A DNA stretch of 64,000 nt, from the NCBI GenBank assembly GCA_964529285.1, contig CAZGWK010000013.1, forward strand, positions 4,468 through 68,467, in the 5' to 3' direction. Source of the stretch: an uncultured Actinomycetota bacterium (GTDB lineage: Bacteria; Actinomycetota; Geothermincolia; Geothermincolales; RBG-13-55-18). The notes under the pieces are model-generated. The model made no database searches, was not told where the DNA came from, and saw only the letters and a program-made list of their open reading frames with translations. The translations under genes were made by a program, and so were the position numbers. This document shows positions 1-9,454 of the stretch, piece by piece. Within the stretch, counting starts at the first letter, position 1, and each line of letters starts with the position of its first letter.

Positions 1-1
1 C

Positions 2-1774
2 GGCGGGGGATTCGATACCTACGTCCTGATGATGAACCCCACCGACGGCGACGCCAACGTCCATCTGAAGCTGATGAAGCCGCAGGATGGTAAGTATTAC
101 AAGTTCAAGGTCACCGTGCCCGCCGGCAGGAGGACGACGGTCAAGCTGGACGACCTGGTATGGACGGAGGGGGAGGACAACATCATCCCCGCCAGCGGCG
201 AAGGCGGCGAGGAAGAGGAGCCCCTGCAGGTCAGGTTCGACGACACCGACGTCTCCACCCTCATCTACGCGGACAGGGGCATCGTAGCCGAGCGGGCCAT
301 GTACTTCGACTACTACGGCAAGTCGGGGGGCTCCAGCTCCATCGGCACCACCTGCGCGGCCTCGGAGTGGTACCTGCCCGAGGGCTACACTGGCGGCGAT
401 TTCGATACCTGGGTCATGGCCATGAACCCCTCAGGCAATACCGTGGACATCACCTACACTTTCTATTCCAACTCGCCCGGCTTCGAGCCGGTGAGCGTCA
501 CCCATGAAGGCGTGGCGCCGTGGTCGCGTGACACCATCCACGTGGACGAGGTGGAAGGACTCGAGGGGACCGACGTATCCACCAAGGTGACCGCCACCCG
601 GCCGGTGCAGCTGGCATCGGTGGAAGACGAAGTGAAGAGGTACGCGGTGCTCTTCGGGGTGGAGGACTATCCGAGCGGCGACGATCTGCAGTATTCCGTA
701 GACGACATGTACGATATCAAGCACAAGCTGGCGGGTAACGGCGACTTCACCTACTACTACTACGAGGGCGAGAACGCGACCCTGGAGAACTTCCAGCACA
801 AGATGGAATGGCTGGCCGCAAACGCCGACGCCAACGACGTCGTGGTCTTCTTCTTCGGGGGCCGCAGCGACACAGTGGCGGAGAACCAGATCGACCTCTA
901 CGACGGTAGCGTGACGAAATCGGAGCTCGAGGCGTACTTCTCGGCCCTGCAGACCGAAAACTTCGTGGGCCTGTTCAGCTGCGACAACAGCGGCGAGCTC
1001 GCCGAAGAACTGATGGCTAACGGCCGCGTGCTCCTGGCGTCCTGTGCCAAGGGAGGGGACTCCTACGAGTTCCCGGACGCCGCCTTCACGGCGGCCAGCG
1101 GCGATTCCGGCAACGGTGCCTGGGCCTACTACTTCGTCGAGGCGCTGGGCGCGAAGGCCGCGGACACCAGTGGCGACAACCTCGTGAGCGCCGAGGAGGC
1201 CCACGAATACCTGAAGAACAGGGTTACAGACCTCGTGGCCGCCGAGGAGGGCGCCTCCCAGGTGCCGCAGATATACGACGGCGTCGAGGGAGAGGTGAAC
1301 CTCACCGTGGACGAGGTACCCGCCAACATCGTGGCGGAGCGCTCCGTGTACTTCAACTACGGTTCGTCTGACGACGGTGCCACCTCCATAGGCGCCTCCC
1401 GGACCTACCCCAGGTGGTTCCTGGCCGAGGGTTACACGGGCGGGCAGTTCGATACCTTCGTGCTCGTCATGAACCCCTACGACTTCTTCCAGAAGATCAC
1501 GGCGACCTACATGACGCCGGAGGGTGAGCCCATCGTCATGGAGTACGTGTGCCCGCCGAAATACCGCATGACCATCAAGGTGGATGACCAGGACCCGAGA
1601 CTGGCCTCCACGGACGTGTCCACCATGATCTACGCGCAGCCCACCGAGGTGGCTTCCGCCGGCTTTGGAGGCGGCGTGGTGGTGGAGAGGGCCATGTACT
1701 TCACTTACACCGATCCCCTGGACGGTTCCGTCAAGGCCGGCGGCTCTTCATCGATCGGTTACGGTACCTGGTAA
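2..1774 (+). CDS. Secreted repeat protein, 5'-truncated by the window edge. A caspase/gingipain-like (clan CD peptidase-like) core is flanked by ~100-aa beta-rich repeats.
   Basis: The open frame runs from nt 2 (GGFDTYVLMMNP...), so the gene starts upstream of the window. The central block VLFGVEDYPSGDD...VVFFFGGRSD...LFSCDNSGE...LLASCAKGG resembles a caspase/C25-type fold. The flanking repeats (WYLPEGYTGGDFDTWVMAMNP...AERAMYF) share a signature with the repeats of CDS 7769-9385. The stop is at 1772-1774. Confidence 0.6.
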   Translation, partial: GGGFDTYVLMMNPTDGDANVHLKLMKPQDGKYYKFKVTVPAGRRTTVKLDDLVWTEGEDNIIPASGEGGEEEEPLQVRFDDTDVSTLIYADRGIVAERAMYFDYYGKSGGSSSIGTTCAASEWYLPEGYTGGDFDTWVMAMNPSGNTVDITYTFYSNSPGFEPVSVTHEGVAPWSRDTIHVDEVEGLEGTDVSTKVTATRPVQLASVEDEVKRYAVLFGVEDYPSGDDLQYSVDDMYDIKHKLAGNGDFTYYYYEGENATLENFQHKMEWLAANADANDVVVFFFGGRSDTVAENQIDLYDGSVTKSELEAYFSALQTENFVGLFSCDNSGELAEELMANGRVLLASCAKGGDSYEFPDAAFTAASGDSGNGAWAYYFVEALGAKAADTSGDNLVSAEEAHEYLKNRVTDLVAAEEGASQVPQIYDGVEGEVNLTVDEVPANIVAERSVYFNYGSSDDGATSIGASRTYPRWFLAEGYTGGQFDTFVLVMNPYDFFQKITATYMTPEGEPIVMEYVCPPKYRMTIKVDDQDPRLASTDVSTMIYAQPTEVASAGFGGGVVVERAMYFTYTDPLDGSVKAGGSSSIGYGTW

Positions 1775-1788
1775 TAAACGAGAACAAG

Positions 1789-1820
1789 AGGGGCCGGGCC
1801 GACCCGGCCCCTCTTTCTTA
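1789..1820 (+). terminator. Rho-independent terminator: 11-bp perfect GC stem, 4-nt loop, T-tract.
   Basis: GAGGGGCCGGG-ccga-CCCGGCCCCTC followed by TTTCTTAT, 15 nt after the stop of the upstream CDS. Confidence 0.55.
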
Positions 1821-2016
1821 TCGTCTGCGCATGATGAACCGCTGCTTGAATCGCGTAAGCGGCAGCGGCATCCGAAGGATGACGCGGCGGTGTCCAGTGC
1901 CTGGACAAGTCCGGCCTCGCTGACGAATCCCGTGATTGTGGCATGACTTGCCCAGGCCTGACACGTTTACATCCAGATGATACACGTGTACGTTCACACG
2001 TTAGAATCAGGCTCGA

Positions 2017-2838
2017 TTATTTCTGACACCTCGGACAGAAGTAAGAGCTGCGGCCGGAGATGACCTCGCGCAAGATAGCCGAGCCGCATGCGGGGCATCT
2101 CTTCCCTTCGCGGCGGTAGACGCGGTGGTCGTCCTGGAAGTCTCCCCTCTGCCCGCGCAGGTCCACGTAATCGCTCACCGAGGAGCCCCCGAGCGAGATG
2201 GCCTCGCCGAGCACCTCGCGCAGCGCGGCGTGGATGCGCTCGATCTCCGCCGGGAAGAGCTCGTTCAGACGGCGCAGGGGGCTTATCCCGGCGCGGTGCA
2301 GAGACTCGTCCGCGTAGATGTTTCCGATGCCCGCCACCCGCGACTGGTCCATGAGGGCGGACTTGACCCTGCATTTGCCGCTCAGCGCAGCGGCCAGGAC
2401 CTCGCAAGTGAAGTCATCGGCAAGGGGCTCCGGGCCGATGGAATGCAGGCCGCGCAGGGGCGCGCGGTCTCCGCGGCGCAGCAGGGCCGTCTCCCCAAAA
2501 GTGCGCGGGTCGACGTAGAGCAGGTCCCTGCCGTCCTCGAGGTGAAAAACGAGATGGGTATGGCGGGGGCGTTCCTCCCGCGGCGAGGAAAGGACCAGGG
2601 AACCGGTCATCCCCAGGTGTATGATAAGTTCCTTCCCGTCGTCCAGGGCGAGCAGGAGGTACTTCCCCCTGCGGCCGATTCCCTCTATGCGGCGCGCTTT
2701 CAGGCCCCTGCGGTATCCCAGGGGCGTGGGATAGGTCACCAGCCTGTCCAGGCCGACTTCGCAGCTGGAGACGCGCGCTCCCGCGAGTTCCTTCTCCAGC
2801 TGTCCGCGGATTATCTCGACTTCCGGCAGCTCCGGCAA
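2017..2838 (-). CDS. fpg: Formamidopyrimidine-DNA glycosylase (Fpg/MutM).
   Basis: An N-terminal PELPEVE catalytic motif and a C-terminal CPxC...CxxC zinc finger (CPACGSAI...YFCPRCQ). The start is reassigned to TTG at 2838 so the protein begins M-PELPEVE. The ORF-track ATG at 2856 would add 6 residues ahead of the catalytic Pro. Confidence 0.85.
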   Translation of the reverse strand: MPELPEVEIIRGQLEKELAGARVSSCEVGLDRLVTYPTPLGYRRGLKARRIEGIGRRGKYLLLALDDGKELIIHLGMTGSLVLSSPREERPRHTHLVFHLEDGRDLLYVDPRTFGETALLRRGDRAPLRGLHSIGPEPLADDFTCEVLAAALSGKCRVKSALMDQSRVAGIGNIYADESLHRAGISPLRRLNELFPAEIERIHAALREVLGEAISLGGSSVSDYVDLRGQRGDFQDDHRVYRREGKRCPACGSAILREVISGRSSYFCPRCQK

Positions 2839-3022
2839 TATCTCCACTTCCTTCATGCGAGGGCCCTACGCATACTATGCAACATCCACGCCCGGTCCGA
2901 CATTGACGGATGTTTGTCGTGCGCATGCCGTTTATCTCAGCGCCGTCGTCCAAGCTGGCCGCACGCGGTTTCGCTGCGAGGAGATGCAGCATCTCTGCGC
3001 AAGTATAACCTTTGCTTGACAC

Positions 3023-4504
3023 CTAAGGGCCGCCGGCGTTGTGGATGTCCGGGGGCGAGAGCGGCAGCTCCAGCGTGAAGACGGTCCCGACGCCGGGCTT
3101 GCTCCACAGCGATATCCTGCCCCCCAACAGGTTGAGGAGTTCGCGGCAAAGGGCCAGCCCCAGCCCCGAGCCACCATAGCGCGGTGAGCGGGAACGCTCC
3201 ACGCGCGAGAAACGGTCGAAGATGTGCTCCAGCTCCTCCTCGGGGATGCCCTGCCCGTTGTCCCTGACCTGGATACGCGCTCCCCCGGGAAGGGGATCCA
3301 CGGAGAGCATTACCTCGCCCCCCGCGGGCGTGAACTTGATGGCGTTGTCCAGCAGGTTGTACAGGACCTGCTCCAGGGTATCGCTGTCCGTCTTTACAGG
3401 TGGGGTGCCGGGATGGACCTCGACCTTTAGCTTGATGCCTTTTTCGCGTGCAGCGGGAAGGAGCTTCTCTCCCAGCGCCTCCGCGTATTCGGCCAGAGGA
3501 AGAGGCGCCGGATGCAGGGCCCAGACCCCGGCATCTATGCGTGACAGCGCCAGGAGCTGCTCCAGCACCCGTTTCAGGCGGGCGGTCTCGTCGCTGATGA
3601 TAGTGAGGTAGCGCCGCTTGTCCTCGTCCGACTCCACCATGTCGTCCAGCAGGGCCTGCGAGAAGCCCTCGATGGAGGTAAGCGGGGTGCGTATCTCGTG
3701 CGAGACGTTGGCCACGAAGTCCTTCTGCAGCTGCGTGCTGTTCTGGATGCGCTCGGCCATGTAGTTGAAGTAGCGGGAGAGATCCGAGATCTCGTCCCGG
3801 CCGCTCACCTCCACTCGCCTGTCGAGGTTGCCGTGGGCCAGCTCCCAGGCCGCATTGCTCAGCTCGCGCAGGGGCTTGAGCACGTAGCTGCTGGTATAGA
3901 GGGCGAGGATGATGGAGAGTAACAGCGCCGCGCCGCCGGCGATGACCAGGTAACGCAGCAGCCCGCCGCTGGAAGTGGGGACCAGGTTCTCGTAGCGTTT
4001 GGCGACCAGCAGGTTGTAAAAGGAAGGTTGGCTGGATATGTCCAGGCGGATGGCGACTACGAGGGAATCGCCCATTATGGCGATTTCGGCGCGGTTTGTA
4101 GCCATGCCCTCGACGGCCAGGAGCGCGGGGTCGATCTTACGAGGCATGCGCAGCGGCAGCGGCAGCGGGGCTAGCACATCCCCGCTATCGTTCACCACGA
4201 CGCTCGCTGCGTTGATCAGCTTGCCCTCGAGGCGCAGCAGCTGGGTGACCCTTTCGACGTTGGCGATGGGCTGCTCGGGGAACTGCTGTCCCAGCCCGAA
4301 AGCCAGCTCCAGGTCGCGAGCCATCTCCTGGGTCTGCTCTACGAGCTCGCTGCGGGCGCTTTCCTCCTCGCGGTTCTTCTCCCGCCATACGAAGTACGCG
4401 AAAAGCGTCCCGAAGAGCAGGAGGCTCAAGACGCTCAATACGAGGAAGTAAAATAGGAACCTGCCGCGCAGGGAGCGGAACTGGGCACCACTTCCTGCGG
4501 CCAT
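3023..4504 (-). CDS. Sensor histidine kinase: two TM helices, periplasmic sensor, HAMP, HisKA, HATPase_c.
   Basis: The H-box SHEIRTPL, the N-box NLLDNAIKFT, and DNGQGI and GGSGLGLAL (G1/G2 boxes). Two hydrophobic segments flank a ~150-aa extracytoplasmic region. Confidence 0.85.
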   Translation of the reverse strand: MAAGSGAQFRSLRGRFLFYFLVLSVLSLLLFGTLFAYFVWREKNREEESARSELVEQTQEMARDLELAFGLGQQFPEQPIANVERVTQLLRLEGKLINAASVVVNDSGDVLAPLPLPLRMPRKIDPALLAVEGMATNRAEIAIMGDSLVVAIRLDISSQPSFYNLLVAKRYENLVPTSSGGLLRYLVIAGGAALLLSIILALYTSSYVLKPLRELSNAAWELAHGNLDRRVEVSGRDEISDLSRYFNYMAERIQNSTQLQKDFVANVSHEIRTPLTSIEGFSQALLDDMVESDEDKRRYLTIISDETARLKRVLEQLLALSRIDAGVWALHPAPLPLAEYAEALGEKLLPAAREKGIKLKVEVHPGTPPVKTDSDTLEQVLYNLLDNAIKFTPAGGEVMLSVDPLPGGARIQVRDNGQGIPEEELEHIFDRFSRVERSRSPRYGGSGLGLALCRELLNLLGGRISLWSKPGVGTVFTLELPLSPPDIHNAGGP

Positions 4505-4507
4505 GCC

Positions 4508-5200
<693 letters not shown>

Positions 5201-5206
5201 CCTGCT

Positions 5207-6127
5207 TCACTCCTCGAGTACATAGGCGCATGATCCTTGCGCCCGCGCCTTCAGGAGGACCTGGGCGCCCCACTCCGCCATGGCCGCATAGGTGGCGACG
5301 AAACGGAAGGCGTTGCATACCCCCCCGAGGGTGAGATTGACGTAAGGTACGTGTATGAGGTCGCCACGGTAATCGTAATATGTAAGCTCGCCGAGATTGC
5401 GGTGTTGTTCGAAGTAATGCTCCAGCCGCTCTTCCTCGAAGCGTTCGATCAGGGATTCGCACAGGGAAGGGATCTCGGCGCTGGGAGCGAGGAAAAAGAA
5501 CTCCTCGTAGGAGGGCTGCCCCAGAAAAGCCCCGCCTGCAGGGAACCGGGACACCGCGTCTTCCAGAAGTCGCGAGACGTGCAAGAGCAGCCTGTCGCCG
5601 CGGCTGATGCCGTAGGCCTCCCGGTACTCCCGGAAGTTGTCGATGGCGGCGAAAACTGCGGTGAAGGTGTCTCCTTCGTGCAGGCGCCGGTTCACTTCCC
5701 TCTCGATGGAGGGAGCGCCGGGCAGACCGGTGACGGGGTGTGACGATAGCTCCTCCTTGCTGCTGCGGATGTGTGCCTTGATCCTGGCCATCAACTCCTG
5801 GTTGTTGAAGGGCTTGGTGATATAGTCGACACCCCCGGCCTCCAGCCCCACTATCTTGTCCTCCACCGATTCGCGAGCGGTGAGGAATATTATGGGTATA
5901 AGGCGCGTACGCGAACGGGTGCGCAGCTGACGGCATATCTGTATGCCGTCCATCACCGGCATCATCACGTCCAGGATTATCAGGTCGGGCTGGATGGACT
6001 CCGCGAGTTCGACGGCCTTGTTGCCCTCCTCGGCGACGTGCACCTCGAAGTCCTCGTCCTCGAGGTAGAATTTTACCGCCTTGAGGATCTCCGGCTCGTC
6101 GTCTATGAACAGTATTCTTCCCTGCAT
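5207..6127 (-). CDS. Response regulator with a degenerate GGDEF domain (SYEEF in place of GGEEF).
   Basis: A receiver domain (ILFIDDEPEI...DVMMP...LTAR), then a GGDEF-like domain (VTGLPG..., IDNFREYREAYGISRGDRLL) in which the signature reads PSYEEF. The start is moved to the ATG at 6127 (MQGRILFIDDEP), which has a GGAAGGGG Shine-Dalgarno. The ORF-track start at 6334 adds 69 non-conserved residues. Confidence 0.75.
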   Translation of the reverse strand: MQGRILFIDDEPEILKAVKFYLEDEDFEVHVAEEGNKAVELAESIQPDLIILDVMMPVMDGIQICRQLRTRSRTRLIPIIFLTARESVEDKIVGLEAGGVDYITKPFNNQELMARIKAHIRSSKEELSSHPVTGLPGAPSIEREVNRRLHEGDTFTAVFAAIDNFREYREAYGISRGDRLLLHVSRLLEDAVSRFPAGGAFLGQPSYEEFFFLAPSAEIPSLCESLIERFEEERLEHYFEQHRNLGELTYYDYRGDLIHVPYVNLTLGGVCNAFRFVATYAAMAEWGAQVLLKARAQGSCAYVLEE

Positions 6128-6475
6128 AGGACCCCTTCCTGACTCCTGTAGATATATTACCGCTGGCGCGCGCTTTGTCCAACACCGCGCCTCGCTCCGG
6201 GGAAGGCGGCCCGGTCCGCTGAGAGTGTCGATATGCCTACAGGTTAGGCCGCAATGAGCCGAATAAATACACAGGCAATGGACATGATCCCAGGTAGGGA
6301 CTAACATAATATTACAAGTAAGGGAAGCGGACATTTTTGGGAGCGGGGGAACCCCGCTCCCACGCGGCCCTCAGGCAGGCATGAAAGCAAGGACAGGAGA
6401 CGTGGATTCCGCCGTCTCGGACGAGGATTCCGGGCGGGATACGAAGGGGGTGCAGTGACAGTGGATGAGGCAAGG

Positions 6476-7534
6476 ATGAGTAAAGGGTGGCGTCGCCTGG
6501 TGGCGATCTCCTGCACCCTGCTCCTCGCGGGAAGCTTGTTCCTGTTCCTGGGCATGACGGTCTGGGCACAGGACGAGCCGCAGCCCGCTGATACGGAGCA
6601 GCCGGTGGAAACGGAACAACCTGCGGAGACGGAGGAGACGGCCACGCAGCCGGCCCAGACCTCCGAGCAGGACGGCCTGACCATCGATTACTGGGAGCCC
6701 CAGGTGGGCACCCGCACCGTCTACTATATAAACGACTACATGAACGATATCCACGGTAACATCTTCGGGACGAGTATGCTGGGGTACTGGGACGCAGTGC
6801 TTCTCTATTCGACCAGTATAAGCCCGATAAACTACTCCAGCGATTTCTATTATTCGGTCGAAGCGCTAAGCGAGATGGTCAGTGTCTATTTTGACCTCGA
6901 GGGTCCCTGGTACTTCAATATGACGACGCCGTTTAAGTACATAGAGGAAGTCATAGGAATACACGAGGCGCCCGATGCGGACAAGTTCCCCGAGGCCACG
7001 TACGCAGTGGATTACCTGGTCATTGGCTCAGGAGGATGGCGGATCTGGGGCACCGAGTATCGCAGTAACGATGCGACTGAGAAGACATGGAAGGTCTGGG
7101 GCACTACGATGGAATATTTCCCACCGGGCGAAACTTACTCCGTAAAAGAGCTGTATTATACACGCAGCCCGATCGACAGGAAGACCCCGGTTGCGCAGAC
7201 AATAGCTGCATTTCCCATGAGCGTGGGGATGACCGGTCATGTAGACGCTATCTTTGTAGAGGGTTCCGGGTTGAACGAGACTTCCGGTTCGGCGACTTAC
7301 GAGGTGATCGCGGGAGGAGAACTGTCTTTGCCGGCAGGTACGTATGATGCCCTGCTCTTCAAGTACGATTGGACATCTCCGCCAGACGGTGAACAGTTCA
7401 CGCAGATCGAGTACGTATGGTTCGTGCCCGAAATCGGTTTCGCCGTTGACGCTAAGAGCTTGCCCAACATCCTCGGTCCGACTTTCGGGGAAACCGTTGA
7501 TGCTGCAGTACTGGAGGAACAGACGACCCCGTAA
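6476..7534 (+). CDS. Secreted hypothetical protein with a signal peptide and an acidic Pro/Glu/Thr-rich linker.
   Basis: MSKGWRRLVAISCTLLLAGSLFLFLGMTVWA|QDEP is a classic n-h-c signal peptide with a VWA cleavage site. The ATG at 6476 is preferred, with GAGG 5 nt upstream. An in-frame GTG at 6455 is possible. I recognise no conserved catalytic motif. Confidence 0.55.
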   Translation: MSKGWRRLVAISCTLLLAGSLFLFLGMTVWAQDEPQPADTEQPVETEQPAETEETATQPAQTSEQDGLTIDYWEPQVGTRTVYYINDYMNDIHGNIFGTSMLGYWDAVLLYSTSISPINYSSDFYYSVEALSEMVSVYFDLEGPWYFNMTTPFKYIEEVIGIHEAPDADKFPEATYAVDYLVIGSGGWRIWGTEYRSNDATEKTWKVWGTTMEYFPPGETYSVKELYYTRSPIDRKTPVAQTIAAFPMSVGMTGHVDAIFVEGSGLNETSGSATYEVIAGGELSLPAGTYDALLFKYDWTSPPDGEQFTQIEYVWFVPEIGFAVDAKSLPNILGPTFGETVDAAVLEEQTTP

Positions 7535-7558
7535 AGCAACACTGCGAATTATATCGGG

Positions 7559-7590
7559 GGGCGGCCCGCCGGGCCGCCCTCGTTAGTGTC
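7559..7590 (+). terminator. Possible intrinsic terminator: 9-bp GC stem with a weak U-tract.
   Basis: GGGCGGCCC-gcc-GGGCCGCCC followed by TCGTTAGTGT, 25 nt after the stop at 7534. Confidence 0.3.
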
Positions 7591-7768
7591 CGCGGACGGG
7601 CACGGATACCTTATCTTAATGGGAGGAAGGCTTATCGTGGCGTTGCCCCCGCCCTCCGGCGAAGAGCCTTATAATATAGTCTGCGTTTCGTGATATATTA
7701 CTCGGGGCGCGGTAGAAGCAGCGCCGCGCTCGGGCAAGTGAGTCGAAGGTCGAGCCTGGAGGTGCGAG

Positions 7769-9385
7769 ATGCGATGGGCTAAGGTCTTCCCGGTGTTCAT
7801 TCTGCTGGCCGCGCTGGTCCTGTCGGCGGCTCCCCTCGCCGAGGCCCAGGTGATCGCGCAGGTTCCCGTGATAGACAACATCCTGCCTTCAGCCGCCTGG
7901 AGGGGCACTCCCGTGGTCATCCAGGGCAGCGATTTCGGCAGCCTGCAGGTACCCTTCATCAGCACGGTGACCTTCAACGGCGTGGACGCCGGTTCGGCCA
8001 TCGAATGGAGCGACAGCTATATCGTGGTCTTCGTGCCCCAGGAGGCCACCTCGGGTCCCGTGGTCGTTAGCAATCTCTTCGGGGAGAGCGAGCCCTACGA
8101 ATTCACCATCTACGAGCAGCCCCCCGCCGTACCCTGCTACTTCGCGGAGGGCACCACCCGCGCCGGCTTCGAGGAGTGGCTGACGCTCTACAACCCTTAC
8201 GACGTGGAGCACACCGCAACCGTGACCTACCTGGTGGCCGACGGGGCTAACCGCATCCGCTACTACAACATCCCCGCCCACGCCCGGGTGAACATTTACG
8301 TCAATTCCGAGATCGGTTCCGACCGCGACGTCTCCCTGGTGGTGACGGGCACCGAAAGGCTCTATGCCGAGCGCCCCATGTACTTCCGTTACAAGGACAG
8401 CTGGACGGGCGGCCACTGCAGCGAACCGGCACTGGATACCAGCAATACATGGTTCTTCGCGGAGGGCACCACGCGCGCCGGTTTCGAGGAATGGCTTTGC
8501 CTGGCCAACCCGAGCGCCGTGGACGCCGAGGTCGAGGTGACTTTTGTCTTCTCGGACGGAGGGGTTGTGACCCTGCCCTACACGGTGCCGGCATGGAAGA
8601 GGTACACGGTCGACGTGAACGCTACCATTGGGCCGGAAAAGGACGTAGCGATAGTGGTCAATTCCGACCAGCCTGTAGTCGCGGAGCGCCCCATGTATTT
8701 TTCCTACCGCGGCATGTGGGACGACGGGCATATCAGCATTGGGGCGCCTGCCGCCCTCAACACCTGGTATTTCGCGGAGGGCACCACGCGCGCCGGCTTC
8801 GAGGAATGGCTTTGCCTTGCCAACCCCAACGGAAAGGACGCCGAGGTGGAGGTGACGTATCATCTCGCTTCCGGCGATGAGATAAAGCAGTACGTCACCG
8901 TAGCGGCGGCGAGGAGGCACACCATCTTCGTCAACTCCATCATCGGTCCCGAGCAGGACGTCGCCATAAAGGTCGATTCGAGCCATCCTGTAGTCGCGGA
9001 GCGCCCCATGTACTTCGATTACCGCTCGCAATGGAACGGGGGCTCTCTCTGCATCGGTGCGGAGGCCCCCTCCAACTCCTGGTTCTTCGCGGAGGGCAGC
9101 ACCCGCGAGGGCTTCGAGGAGTGGCTTTGCCTGCTCAACCCGGGTGATTTATACGCAGAGGTAAACGTCACCTACGTATTCCAGGACGCCACCACCCGGA
9201 CACAGGACCTTATTCTGGCGCCCGGCCAGCGCTTTTCCGTTAACGTCAACGAAGTGGTGGGCCCCGGCAGGGACGTGGCGATATGGGTGGAGTCGGGACA
9301 GGGAGTGGTGGCCGAACGCTCCATGTATTTTTCCTATCACGAGGCCTGGGACGGGGGGCATACCGCCCTGGGCGTAGCGCCTTGA
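7769..9385 (+). CDS. Secreted protein: signal peptide, IPT/TIG-like domain, then four tandem ~105-aa repeats.
   Basis: A signal peptide MRWAKVFPVFILLAALVLSAAPLAEA. An Ig-like N-terminus (VIQGSDFGS...). Four repeats each start [WY]-[FY]-F-A-E-G-[TS]-T-R-x-G-F-E-E-W-L-x-L-x-N-P and contain V-V-A-E-R-[PS]-M-Y-F-x-Y. This is the same family as the repeats in CDS 2-1774. Confidence 0.7.
   Translation: MRWAKVFPVFILLAALVLSAAPLAEAQVIAQVPVIDNILPSAAWRGTPVVIQGSDFGSLQVPFISTVTFNGVDAGSAIEWSDSYIVVFVPQEATSGPVVVSNLFGESEPYEFTIYEQPPAVPCYFAEGTTRAGFEEWLTLYNPYDVEHTATVTYLVADGANRIRYYNIPAHARVNIYVNSEIGSDRDVSLVVTGTERLYAERPMYFRYKDSWTGGHCSEPALDTSNTWFFAEGTTRAGFEEWLCLANPSAVDAEVEVTFVFSDGGVVTLPYTVPAWKRYTVDVNATIGPEKDVAIVVNSDQPVVAERPMYFSYRGMWDDGHISIGAPAALNTWYFAEGTTRAGFEEWLCLANPNGKDAEVEVTYHLASGDEIKQYVTVAAARRHTIFVNSIIGPEQDVAIKVDSSHPVVAERPMYFDYRSQWNGGSLCIGAEAPSNSWFFAEGSTREGFEEWLCLLNPGDLYAEVNVTYVFQDATTRTQDLILAPGQRFSVNVNEVVGPGRDVAIWVESGQGVVAERSMYFSYHEAWDGGHTALGVAP
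8135..9385 (+). repeat. Intragenic tandem repeats of ~306-318 nt (4 copies), with long near-identical DNA stretches.
   Basis: The stretch TTCGCGGAGGGCACCAC(G/C)CGCGCCGG(C/T)TTCGAGGA(A/G)TGGCT recurs at about 8140, 8455, 8770 and 9076. The last copy is the most diverged. Confidence 0.5.
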
Positions 9386-9454
9386 TGTTATAATCTCAAG
9401 GTGTGAGCGCGGCAGAAAGGATGTTAGCTCGTGGTTTTCGGCAGGTGAACGATC

